A stretch of DNA of 64,000 nucleotides. Origin: a virus. The stretch's first letter is position 1. Every line of letters starts with the position of its first letter. Made by a program: the position numbers and the translations under genes. The stretch is from the IMG/VR virus record IMGVR_UViG_3300028920_000039, positions 32,001 through 96,000 of that record, one strand, 5' to 3'. Below the pieces are notes generated by a model, which was not told the origin of the DNA, did no database searches, and was given only the letters and a program-made list of their open reading frames with translations. Positions 1-8,885 of this stretch are shown piece by piece.

Positions 1-2
1 TG

Positions 3-344
3 ATGGTTGTGGCAGCAGCTTGCAAGCAGCTTGGAGCAAAGGTGGATGAGATTGAGCTGTTTTCAATTGGCACAGGTAGTGGATATTCGGGCAAAAGCAA
101 GATCCCTCGAGGTAGCTGGTCGGCGGTTCGTTGGGGTATCTGGTTGATCGGCGCTTTTTTGGATGGCGCAGCCAATTCAATGCATGAGTATTTTGTGAGA
201 TCCCTCCCTCTCAAGAAGTACAAAAGGGTCGATTTCACTCGCGACGCTAAGTGGAGAATGGACAGCCCCACTGATATGCTGTTGGCCGAAAAAGCGTGGA
301 AACCTGCTATTGATGCCGCTGTGAAAGAGGTGGAAGCATTTTGA
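3..344 (+). CDS. patatin-like phospholipase, C-terminal fragment (5' truncated by window)
   Basis: LFSIGTG motif followed by a W-rich helix and an 'YKRVD' segment resembles the patatin C-terminal half; the catalytic GxSxG is not in the window. Confidence 0.5.
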   Translation: MVVAAACKQLGAKVDEIELFSIGTGSGYSGKSKIPRGSWSAVRWGIWLIGAFLDGAANSMHEYFVRSLPLKKYKRVDFTRDAKWRMDSPTDMLLAEKAWKPAIDAAVKEVEAF

Positions 345-1381
345 ATGAAGCCATAGTTGATATTGAGCAGAGAGAGTTTGCTCCTAAAATTTTTGCTACC
401 AACGGGGACAAACCGTCGCTCTTGCCTAATGTACGCCATGAGATCCTTCAGCATGCGGCGAACTATGCTCAGTGGGGTAAGATCCATAACATCTTGCTAA
501 TCGGCAGTATACTCACCAAGCGCTGGAAGCCTGACTCCGATATTGATGTTACGGTCATCATGGAGCCTTTCTCTGAAGAATCCTTCAAAGCAGCACGCCA
601 GTACTCAGCTGATCATCAAGACACTGAACTGCTGACAGGAACTGAACATCCTGTTAACGTCTTCATTCGTGATGATTGGGATGATTCATTGGCAGACCAG
701 ATCTACTATGTGTTGGAAGACGATTGGTACAAGCAAACGATTGTGAAGCCCCTTGAGATAAACAAGTATCTAGACGCCTTCGAGAGATATGTGTCGGCTA
801 TTGACCTTGAGAAAGCTGAGTTGAAACGAGATTTGATCGACTATGATGAGTTGGCACAGTTTGCCCCAGAAGATGTTAAAGGCCTACAAAGCCAAGTGCA
901 GGCGAAGCTTGATGAGATCAACGACAGTGTCAAGAAGCTCGCTGCCACATACAAAACGATACATGCCCTTCGTAATATTGCGTTTCGTGCAGAGATGTCA
1001 CCGGAAGAGATCCGACAGTTTCAGATCAAGAACAAGCTGCCGGCGAATGTGGTGTACAAACTGCTTCAGCGATATCACTATACGCGTTTCCTGACAGCTA
1101 TCAACAAAGCTCTTGAGTCTGCTGGTGGGGCAATTGACACTGATCAGGATGTGGATGATGTAGAGCAAGCTTTTGATGTAGAAAGTGCTTTTAAACACAT
1201 TACAAACAATGAAGTTTCTGTTGATGATATTGAAAAAGTGTTAGATGAAATAACAACTTCTGCTGCTGCAGGTTCTTATGAAGTTCCGTTAGGTGCGCGA
1301 CCACAAGCTCGTCGTCGTAAACGGAAAAAGAAGTTGAAAGGCATTCTGACATACGAAAATCTACAAAACAAAAGAGGATGA
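341..1381 (+). CDS. nucleotidyltransferase-domain protein (Pol beta-like superfamily)
   Basis: LLIGSILT...DSDIDV (hG[GS]...DxD) motif; TTG start; basic C-terminal tail. Confidence 0.7.
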   Translation: MNEAIVDIEQREFAPKIFATNGDKPSLLPNVRHEILQHAANYAQWGKIHNILLIGSILTKRWKPDSDIDVTVIMEPFSEESFKAARQYSADHQDTELLTGTEHPVNVFIRDDWDDSLADQIYYVLEDDWYKQTIVKPLEINKYLDAFERYVSAIDLEKAELKRDLIDYDELAQFAPEDVKGLQSQVQAKLDEINDSVKKLAATYKTIHALRNIAFRAEMSPEEIRQFQIKNKLPANVVYKLLQRYHYTRFLTAINKALESAGGAIDTDQDVDDVEQAFDVESAFKHITNNEVSVDDIEKVLDEITTSAAAGSYEVPLGARPQARRRKRKKKLKGILTYENLQNKRG

Positions 1382-1424
1382 ATTCTTTAGTATTGTATAA
1401 CGAATCGAATGAAAGGGTTGAATT

Positions 1425-1802
1425 ATGAATGTTTCGTGTTCTTCTGAAATTTATTCTATTCCTGCTGCAGGAGGCGTCACAGTAACTCTAACCGGTACTG
1501 CCAAATTGATATCTGTTGTTATGACTCTTGCAATAGAGGTTAACAATACGTTTTGTATAACTTTAGTTCGAGAAGGGATCACTTTTGAACTGCTTTCACA
1601 CGAAGGAACTTACAAAGATGTTGTGTGGTTACTTGAAGGTGGTGGGGTTGTTTTGAAAAGCGGCGATCAACTACGATTTTCAAACTTAGCAAATGAAGAA
1701 GGATATGTGTTTTTTGGGTATGAGACTAATGGTCCTCAGGGACCTTCGATTACCGTAACACCAGGTCCTGTGGTTGACGATGCAGCCGGGCCTTTAGCAT
1801 AA
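1425..1802 (+). CDS. hypothetical beta-rich protein
   Basis: 125-aa ORF, GGGTTG-like RBS, preceded by a GTATAAC motif. Confidence 0.65.
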   Translation: MNVSCSSEIYSIPAAGGVTVTLTGTAKLISVVMTLAIEVNNTFCITLVREGITFELLSHEGTYKDVVWLLEGGGVVLKSGDQLRFSNLANEEGYVFFGYETNGPQGPSITVTPGPVVDDAAGPLA

Positions 1803-1811
1803 GGTGAGCCA

Positions 1812-3011
1812 ATGAAAAAGTTTGTGGTTTTTGTAGTTGGATTACTGCTGTCCCTTTCCTTTACTTTTGCTGGTATCATTGAAGATGGAAGGGTTGTGAA
1901 GGGGTCAGCAACTAATTCAACACACCTTGGTGGAATCCCTGCTGCTGAATTTTTGAGAAGAGGCGGGGAGGTCCCTTTGACAGGAAATTTAGACGCTGGA
2001 AACTATCGAATTGTGCATTCTGCTGGACCTGTTGATAAAGGAGATTTGGCTCGTCGAAGTTTTGTTTTAGCGCAGATTGTGGCTCAAATAAATGCTGAAA
2101 TTACCGCTTTGTCAAATCATATTGATGCAACATTTGGGCAATTGACAGGAGATCAAACATGGACCGGTTCCAACATGTTCAGCGGCATTGTCAGCCTAGG
2201 GAGTATAGAGAGCCGGTGTGCTGCTCCTGAGTTTGTGTTTGGGGATAATTCGCCAGTGGATGCTAATCGTTTCAAGATGTATTCCAATTGGGATATCTGG
2301 GCTCTAGCGGTTGATGATGACGGCGACGGGAATTATGTTGATGTAATATGGGTTTTGACTAACTCTTTCCAGGCTAGTATCACTTACCTAATAGGCAACG
2401 GTGGCGGTATTTTGCAAATGAAAGAATGTTCCCAGCAACCTGGGGGCCCTCTTACAGAGGGGTATCGGGAGATATGGCAGAGCGATGGGACCGGCTATGG
2501 CGACGATGGGGATCTCTGCACCGTCCATCAGGCGGGCGGTATCCTGCATACGAATACATTTGCGATGGAGTCTTATGTGGATAATATTGTAGATACTAAT
2601 TCCATTAATTACATGTTCACTAGAACTAGTTTTTGGGATACTGCTTATAATTGGGTAAATACTAGTTCTACGGTGTATCGTGGCGGGGCGTCGGCGTTCG
2701 ACTACACGAATTTTACGTTTGATAGCAGTTGGCACGACCTTGACCTTTCCGCCATTGTGCCGCAGGGTGCTCGCAAGGTAACTATTTATGGGGCCGTGAT
2801 CGACGATACGGCGGGTCAGCAATTTCGGATGCGTAACAACGCTACCACTGGCTCATATGTTGAGGCGGCATGGACCGTGCAGGTGTCGGGCGTGATTGTC
2901 ACATACGCACAAGAGGTGTACTGTGACGAGAATCGCGTGATTGAATACAAGTGCGACCCAAATCTAAGCAACAACTCTTTGCTTGGGTTCACAGTCATAG
3001 GATGGGAGTAG
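1812..3011 (+). CDS. fibre/adhesin-like protein with N-terminal signal peptide
   Basis: MKKFVVFVVGLLLSLSFTFA-G Sec-type leader; GNLDAGNYRIVHSAGPVDKGDLARRSFV and ESYVD fibre-type motifs; C-terminal WHDLDLSAIVP...IGW beta domain. Confidence 0.6.
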   Translation: MKKFVVFVVGLLLSLSFTFAGIIEDGRVVKGSATNSTHLGGIPAAEFLRRGGEVPLTGNLDAGNYRIVHSAGPVDKGDLARRSFVLAQIVAQINAEITALSNHIDATFGQLTGDQTWTGSNMFSGIVSLGSIESRCAAPEFVFGDNSPVDANRFKMYSNWDIWALAVDDDGDGNYVDVIWVLTNSFQASITYLIGNGGGILQMKECSQQPGGPLTEGYREIWQSDGTGYGDDGDLCTVHQAGGILHTNTFAMESYVDNIVDTNSINYMFTRTSFWDTAYNWVNTSSTVYRGGASAFDYTNFTFDSSWHDLDLSAIVPQGARKVTIYGAVIDDTAGQQFRMRNNATTGSYVEAAWTVQVSGVIVTYAQEVYCDENRVIEYKCDPNLSNNSLLGFTVIGWE

Positions 3012-3380
3012 CATGGATGCGGAATACCTTCCACCAAGCTGGGCAAAGGACAGGGCGGACATTTTGCGATGGTGCAGGCGGCAGCGCCTATTCTGGCGGC
3101 TGGAGTGGTTAATTCGGAAATTTGGACCATAGGTAGGCTATGGGGAATGGGACGACAATCCTGAGGCGCGAGGTGACAGACAATTTGTCAGGACGAATCA
3201 GGTTCCCGTGCGCATCAGTGACAGCGGCGGCGGTATGTGTTGGATCAGGCCGATCAATCTGTCATGGGGCAAATACAACGCGAAGCGGGGTGAGTGTCCT
3301 CCGAGTTGGAGCTACTCGAAATGTATTAGGCGCACGCTCGAAGAGTGTGCAAAAGACGAACTCACGCCATAAGGACTGAT

Positions 3381-3866
3381 ATGGGCTGGCTCACCAAAAT
3401 CTGCGGCAAGCCTCTTTGGCCGTTCCGCAAACCGACGCTTAAGGAGACGAACCCCTGTACCGGCAGTGTCCGAGACTGGTACATCGACGCCCACAAGAAG
3501 GGAGTCACAGTCGGACTTGTCGAGTACTACCGTGACCTTCGCCCCTGGGAGCCCTACGCTGACAAAGAGGACCGGTGGCACATGGCCGGTACCTACATCG
3601 ACGAGAACGGCCGCCTGACGGTATACGACGTGATCAACGACGAGATTGTCACCCTCAGCGACACGGAGCTTGAGGACGTGATATGGATTGGACTCACACC
3701 CGATAGTTGCCCAAAATGCAATGCGACCACGGGCGGGACCACAAATTATGTTGCAGGGAATGTCCTTAAATGCACAAGCGGGACGAATATATTTACTCGT
3801 GGGATGACTGCTCTTGCTGTGGCTATTACAGGTACTTACGGAAGGGTTAATATTTTGTTAGATTAG
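3381..3866 (+). CDS. hypothetical protein
   Basis: AAGGA RBS before ATG 3381 (track start 3345 is probably too early). Confidence 0.65.
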   Translation: MGWLTKICGKPLWPFRKPTLKETNPCTGSVRDWYIDAHKKGVTVGLVEYYRDLRPWEPYADKEDRWHMAGTYIDENGRLTVYDVINDEIVTLSDTELEDVIWIGLTPDSCPKCNATTGGTTNYVAGNVLKCTSGTNIFTRGMTALAVAITGTYGRVNILLD

Positions 3867-3935
3867 ACCTTGAAACAGTATGGTAAGCGGTATAGTGTAA
3901 TCAAAGTTAGCATGAAAAGACCATAGGAGTATATC

Positions 3936-4607
3936 ATGAGAGTTGACGACTTGCAGATTTCTGTGAGAGAAGGTCTCGACGCAGAGCAACAAATTCAGCC
4001 CCGCGAATTCGGCGAAGCTAAACCCAAGAAGACGCCCCGTCGCACCACCCGTCCCCTCAAGAAGCACAGAGAGGTTGCCGATCAATTCCTGCAGACTCGC
4101 CAAGCAATTGATGAGCTCAACCAACAAATTGCTGCTGTTCGGGCTATCATTGCTTCTAAGGAAGAAGTAGCGGGGAATCTTGCTCGAGACCTGATGACGT
4201 ATGCTGAAGAGTACCAGGACCGTATGTTCCAGACAGAGAAAGTTCTTGTGGCTCTTGAAGACATTCCTCCTCACAAAGCGCAGATCCCTCAGTGGGGTAA
4301 GGTGATCAAGCATCTGCTGGCTCAGCTAGAAAGTGTGAGTGTTGATATGCGAAAAGAAGCAGAAGAGTTCATCGAAGCAGCCAAACGTGAGATCCCCGGC
4401 GCCACCGAGCTTCTCTACAAAGAGCTTGAATCTGTCAACAAGACGGCAATGGCGGAAGGTTGGATCGGTTTCAAGAAGATACTGGACAAGGTGAAAGCAA
4501 TGGGAAAGAAGGCTCGTGCAAAACTGGATGAGATTACATCCGAGACACAAGACCTCCTGGCTTCATTGCATCCAGACAGCAAGACGAGCAGAGAGTATGG
4601 CAGATAG
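3936..4607 (+). CDS. hypothetical coiled-coil protein
   Basis: AGGAG RBS; heptad-like helical composition. Confidence 0.75.
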   Translation: MRVDDLQISVREGLDAEQQIQPREFGEAKPKKTPRRTTRPLKKHREVADQFLQTRQAIDELNQQIAAVRAIIASKEEVAGNLARDLMTYAEEYQDRMFQTEKVLVALEDIPPHKAQIPQWGKVIKHLLAQLESVSVDMRKEAEEFIEAAKREIPGATELLYKELESVNKTAMAEGWIGFKKILDKVKAMGKKARAKLDEITSETQDLLASLHPDSKTSREYGR

Positions 4608-5151
4608 TAAGGTCAAAAGCGCACCTTCTTTGGTAGAAGCTCGAAAAGCAATGAAGCGCGCGTCTAAGCGCGTCAAGAATACTGCCAAAGCTCGTCGTCT
4701 GACTCGAAAGCAGAAAGCGGCGCGGGCGGCGGCTCGTCGTGCCAAGAAGATGAGAGGGATGAAGCGCGCGGCTGTTGCTCCCAAAGGCAAGGAGTGGCTG
4801 GCGGCACCTGTGCAGATTCGAAAGATCCAGCCTCTCCCTCCGTTGGGAGGCAGATTGCCTACGGCACAGCCGGTTACAGTAGCTCCGCTCCGCCCGGGAT
4901 TCAAGAGGGCGGCACCTGTTGCTGGTGAGTGGAATGGTGTAGAGTTGATACCGGTGATATCGAGTAATGTAGCCTCGTATGGGTATGATCCTGAGAGAGA
5001 ACTTCTCCTGATTGCATTCTTAGATGGAAGTCTGTACCGTTATTTCAATGTTCCTGAAGTGGTTTGGATTCGGTTTCAGGCGGCCAGCAGCAAAGGGAAA
5101 TTCGTCTGGAGTGATGTCAGGGATCAATACGAATACCAGCGCGTTGCGTGA
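4597..5151 (+). CDS. KTSC domain protein with Lys/Arg/Ala-rich N-terminus
   Basis: C-terminal SSNVASYGYDPERELLLIAFLDGSLYRYFNVP...AASSKGKF is the KTSC signature; ATG 4597 overlaps the upstream stop. Confidence 0.85.
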   Translation: MADSKVKSAPSLVEARKAMKRASKRVKNTAKARRLTRKQKAARAAARRAKKMRGMKRAAVAPKGKEWLAAPVQIRKIQPLPPLGGRLPTAQPVTVAPLRPGFKRAAPVAGEWNGVELIPVISSNVASYGYDPERELLLIAFLDGSLYRYFNVPEVVWIRFQAASSKGKFVWSDVRDQYEYQRVA

Positions 5152-5162
5152 AAGGGATAACA

Positions 5163-7472
5163 ATGACTGAAGAACTGAAGATTCCTCCTTCGGTGGCAGC
5201 GAAGATGCCGAAGACCGAAATGAAGAAACCCGTTGACACAAAGTTTCCTGATGTTCCTATGATGGGAGGCACTTCTCCAAAATCGCATCAAGGTCTTTCT
5301 GAATCTGACAAGGCGGGGATTGCGGGCATGCTGATGGCAATGAACGGCGATGCTCCTGAATCTTCAGTAGCCGAGGGCGAAGCGGCTCTCAACAAGATTC
5401 CGAAGAGTCGGCATTTGGATGAATCTACTACACAAGGTGTTGCAGGTATTCTTTCTAGTATGAGTAGAGAAGAGCCTCCTGAAGAAGAGAAGCCTGCTTC
5501 TCAAGTTCAGGAAGTGACTGAAGATGAGAAGCAAATGTGGAAGGATCGAATCTGGAAGCTTTTTGCAAGCGATTATACTGTCGAGCAGGTTGAGGAGGAG
5601 ATCGGTGACAACTACGGTAATCTTCCTCCCTGGTTGTATGATATGATCCATGAAGTAGCGAAAGGATTTACTGAGAAGATGGTTCAGCAAGGTGACAAGC
5701 CAAAGGCTTCTGACTTTAAGATCAAGAAGACCCCTGAAGGCGAGCAGATAGTACATATTCCAACAGGGAAGAAATCAGTTGTGTACAAACGAAAAGGTGA
5801 TGCTGAAGTAGTCATTCGAAACATCGTCACAGGCAAAGAGAAGTGGGAATCTGTTCAGCTTCAAGAAGGCCGCATCAAAGAGTGGATAATGTCCAAGATC
5901 AACGCAGCTCTGGTGAGCCTTGGAGTTCCAAAGGACAAGTGGGATGGCATTGAGGACGCTGTTTTTGCGGCGGCTCTCGCCGGTGAGCTGGGGGATGGTC
6001 TGCCTTCAAGCGAGACAGCGGAAGCAGTGGCAGACATGGTTACGGAGTTGGCTGGTACTGAAGCAGCCCCTACACCAGAACTAGAAGAGCCTGGCGAAGG
6101 CGAGCCGGTGGGAGCAGAGGCGGGTCTTGATACAGAGATCGATATTGAAGAACCTCCTGAGGAAGAGGACCCTGCTCTTGAACCGGAACCCGAACCGGAA
6201 CCCGAACCGGAACCCGAACCCGAACCGGAGGAACCCCTGGAACCGGAAGAGCCTCCAGTCGAAGAACCTGGCGAAGAATCGCCACCTGACGCGGGTGAAG
6301 AAGAGCCTTTTATGGATCTGGTTTCTCTTGACGATATTGAGGCTGAAATTGCTCGATTGGCTGGTGATGAAGAACCAATGGAGCCGCCGGAAGAAGAGCC
6401 TCCTGAAGAAGAAGAACCAGGCGAAGGTGAGCCTGAGGATAACACAGTCTTCATTCCAGCTGAAGAGGAAGAGGAGATTGAGGAAGCAAAGCCTACTTTT
6501 GATCCTCAATTGGTTGATGGAATGGGCAAGCATGTTCTGGCAACATCTCAGGCTATTAAGAATGCGCTCTTTGGTCCTACAAGTTATGTAGCTACTCGAG
6601 ATGAGATGTTGGCGATAACTTTTGATGAAGAATCAAGCGCTTATGCCCATGGTGAAGTAAACATTCACAACGAGTGGGAACAGTCTTCTCCAGGGGATTT
6701 CCCTTCCTATGATGGAGAAACAGAAGTAGATGATGCGATAGGTGATTTCTTGACACAATGGGGTGAATACAGGGATTTAGGGGAAGAAAGTCTTAAGGAA
6801 GCTGAGTTCGAAGACGACCCAGAAGTGAAAGCACAAACTGGTGCTTGGTTGCTCGGCGGTATCCTTGGAAAGCATGAAAGGGCTGGTTTTGATTCCGAAG
6901 AGGAAGCACAAGCTGTTGCTGATGAGTACAAAGCTTTCCTTGACAGTGAAGGCATTCCTTACGAGAGAATTGAAATTTGGGATTCTGAGAGTGTTGCAAC
7001 ATTTAAGGTGTACGTCCAGATTAATTCATTCTCTATGGAAAAAGGGGTCAATCCACCGCCTACTCCTACAAATGCAGACAGAGCCTATGATCTATCGAAT
7101 TTCATCATAGGAAAAGAGCTGGTCAAGGGTAGCTCTTTCGCCTATGCAACATTACCGATGGATCAAGCCAAAGAACGAGCTCTGAAAATCAAGAAGCTCT
7201 CAACCACTCCGGGTCCCAAACGCGAAAGTTTTATTCCCGGTGAAACCGTTATGATTCCTATCGACGGTGAGTTGATGGAAGCAAAGGTACTGGATGTTCA
7301 TTCTCACAACAAGACACTTGACGTGGATGTCGAAGGCAACCTTTTCAAGACAACCTTCGAAAAGGCTTCCAAGCTTTCTGTTGAGGACAGTTTTGTTGAG
7401 CGTCTTCTGGACGGAGAAGATGCGATGCAGATTCTGGATGACATGATAACTGATGAAATTCTGACGAAGTAA
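5163..7472 (+). CDS. large acidic Glu/Pro-rich protein, putative internal head protein
   Basis: very high E/P content with an (EP)n linker; ATG 5163 has an AAAGGGA RBS (GTG 5148 is an alternative start). Confidence 0.75.
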   Translation: MTEELKIPPSVAAKMPKTEMKKPVDTKFPDVPMMGGTSPKSHQGLSESDKAGIAGMLMAMNGDAPESSVAEGEAALNKIPKSRHLDESTTQGVAGILSSMSREEPPEEEKPASQVQEVTEDEKQMWKDRIWKLFASDYTVEQVEEEIGDNYGNLPPWLYDMIHEVAKGFTEKMVQQGDKPKASDFKIKKTPEGEQIVHIPTGKKSVVYKRKGDAEVVIRNIVTGKEKWESVQLQEGRIKEWIMSKINAALVSLGVPKDKWDGIEDAVFAAALAGELGDGLPSSETAEAVADMVTELAGTEAAPTPELEEPGEGEPVGAEAGLDTEIDIEEPPEEEDPALEPEPEPEPEPEPEPEPEEPLEPEEPPVEEPGEESPPDAGEEEPFMDLVSLDDIEAEIARLAGDEEPMEPPEEEPPEEEEPGEGEPEDNTVFIPAEEEEEIEEAKPTFDPQLVDGMGKHVLATSQAIKNALFGPTSYVATRDEMLAITFDEESSAYAHGEVNIHNEWEQSSPGDFPSYDGETEVDDAIGDFLTQWGEYRDLGEESLKEAEFEDDPEVKAQTGAWLLGGILGKHERAGFDSEEEAQAVADEYKAFLDSEGIPYERIEIWDSESVATFKVYVQINSFSMEKGVNPPPTPTNADRAYDLSNFIIGKELVKGSSFAYATLPMDQAKERALKIKKLSTTPGPKRESFIPGETVMIPIDGELMEAKVLDVHSHNKTLDVDVEGNLFKTTFEKASKLSVEDSFVERLLDGEDAMQILDDMITDEILTK
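6180..6227 (+). repeat. 8 x 6-bp tandem repeat GAACC(G/C) encoding (EP)8
   Basis: read directly from sequence. Confidence 0.9.
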
Positions 7473-7486
7473 AGGAGGAAGAAGCC

Positions 7487-7831
7487 ATGCTAATTACGCA
7501 GACGGATATTTTTGACGTCCCTGCAAGCTTGAGCACCGTCGTCAACATCAGAGAGAACAACTCTCTGGAGAGGAGCCTGTTCTTCGATAACAAGAGCTCT
7601 GCAACACTCTCGATTCAGATCGAGACATCTGCCGACGGCGGTACAACATGGTCACTAGTAGGCACAGCTTTCTCGCTGACCGCTGGTTCTCAGACGGTGA
7701 AGGAGATCGCGGCTTCCTATCCTAACCAGTTGCGGATCAGAGCTTCCGGTGGTGGTGATGATCGTGACCTGTACATCGGTTATGCTCGGCTCTTCTCGAA
7801 CACCAGTTCCTGGACGAATCCGACTCTGTAA
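7487..7831 (+). CDS. small beta-sandwich protein, paralog of 30866..31231
   Basis: AAGGAGG RBS; shared N-x-S-x2-T/A...ES/TS.(D/N)G.(T).WSLV pattern. Confidence 0.75.
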   Translation: MLITQTDIFDVPASLSTVVNIRENNSLERSLFFDNKSSATLSIQIETSADGGTTWSLVGTAFSLTAGSQTVKEIAASYPNQLRIRASGGGDDRDLYIGYARLFSNTSSWTNPTL

Positions 7832-7939
7832 AGGAACCGATTCGTTAGGTTCTGTTTCTGATTGCCTCATAAAACCAACTTTCTAACTGTGTTCTGTAAG
7901 TATAACGAAAGGGGTAAAAAACTCTGGTTGGTTTTGAAA

Positions 7940-8668
7940 ATGCAAACTAATCATGTCACAGTGGTGGTGCCTGCATTTAACACTGCAAAATACATCAAGC
8001 CTTGCCTTGATTCCATTTTAAAGCAGTCCCACAAGAACACTGACATCGTCGTTGTCAACGACGGTAGCACTGATGATACAGGTAAAATTGCTTGTGCCTA
8101 CATGCGCAAAGGCCACCCCGTCAGTGTCATGAACATCCATCGCAACAAAGGTGTAACCCACGCTACGCATGTTGGTATCATGTCTGCTCAAGGCCCGATT
8201 GTGACCATTGTTGACAGCGATGATATGTTGCTTGATGGTTCCCTTAAGTATGGCATCAAACCTTTCATGGATCCTAAAGTCGGTTTTGTGTGGACCAAGT
8301 TTGTGAAGAGCACCGGTGGAATTGGTTGGAGCCGAGGTTTGCCAGAAGGTGTTTCCTTGTGGCGTGCTATGATGTACAATAAGTGGTGGAAAGCTAGCCA
8401 TCAGCGATTTCTTCGTAAGTCTGTGTATGAGAATGGCATCCGCCTCAACACTTCGTTTGACAGGTCTTCAGATTTTCAACTTGTTCTTCTGATAGCGCTT
8501 TCAGGCTGTAAGACAATACATGTGCCCGTGGCGACATACTGGTATCGAATGCGAAGACCTAACAGTCTCACATCAGAAGGCTCTGAGAAGCAACGTGTTG
8601 TGGTCACAGGCATTCGAAAGTGGTTGCAATCAGAGATCAAAAAACGAGGTATAAATGAGCCTGCTTGA
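7940..8668 (+). CDS. glycosyltransferase family 2
   Basis: VVVPAFNTAKYIKPCLDSIL...VVVNDGSTD...VDSDD canonical GT2 motifs. Confidence 0.9.
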   Translation: MQTNHVTVVVPAFNTAKYIKPCLDSILKQSHKNTDIVVVNDGSTDDTGKIACAYMRKGHPVSVMNIHRNKGVTHATHVGIMSAQGPIVTIVDSDDMLLDGSLKYGIKPFMDPKVGFVWTKFVKSTGGIGWSRGLPEGVSLWRAMMYNKWWKASHQRFLRKSVYENGIRLNTSFDRSSDFQLVLLIALSGCKTIHVPVATYWYRMRRPNSLTSEGSEKQRVVVTGIRKWLQSEIKKRGINEPA

Positions 8669-8885
8669 TTTCTTTCACAAGAATGAAGGGGAAGATTTGA
8701 AGGACTCAACCAAGGTGGTGCTCGCCAAACTGGCTGAGATGGCTGATCCGAACTGTAATAAATGTTACGGCCGTGGTTTTATTGGGCGCATTCCTCGAAC
8801 GAAAGCTCTTCTTCGCTGTGAAAGATGCGCTCGGAGATATGCCAGGAAGAAGGAAGAGGAAGAGAAAGCTGAGGAAACCAAGTGA
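8655..8885 (+). CDS. small Zn-finger protein
   Basis: CNKCYGRG...CERC. Confidence 0.65.
   Translation: MSLLDFFHKNEGEDLKDSTKVVLAKLAEMADPNCNKCYGRGFIGRIPRTKALLRCERCARRYARKKEEEEKAEETK

Noticed and set aside
3140-3379. 79-aa ORF from the track
   Set aside because: Its composition is less protein-like than the overlapping 3013-frame; left unannotated pending homology evidence
5861-6454. Ser/Gly-rich antisense ORF (also 14493..14822 and 14539..15015)
   Set aside because: Mirror images of the Glu/Pro repeats on the sense strand
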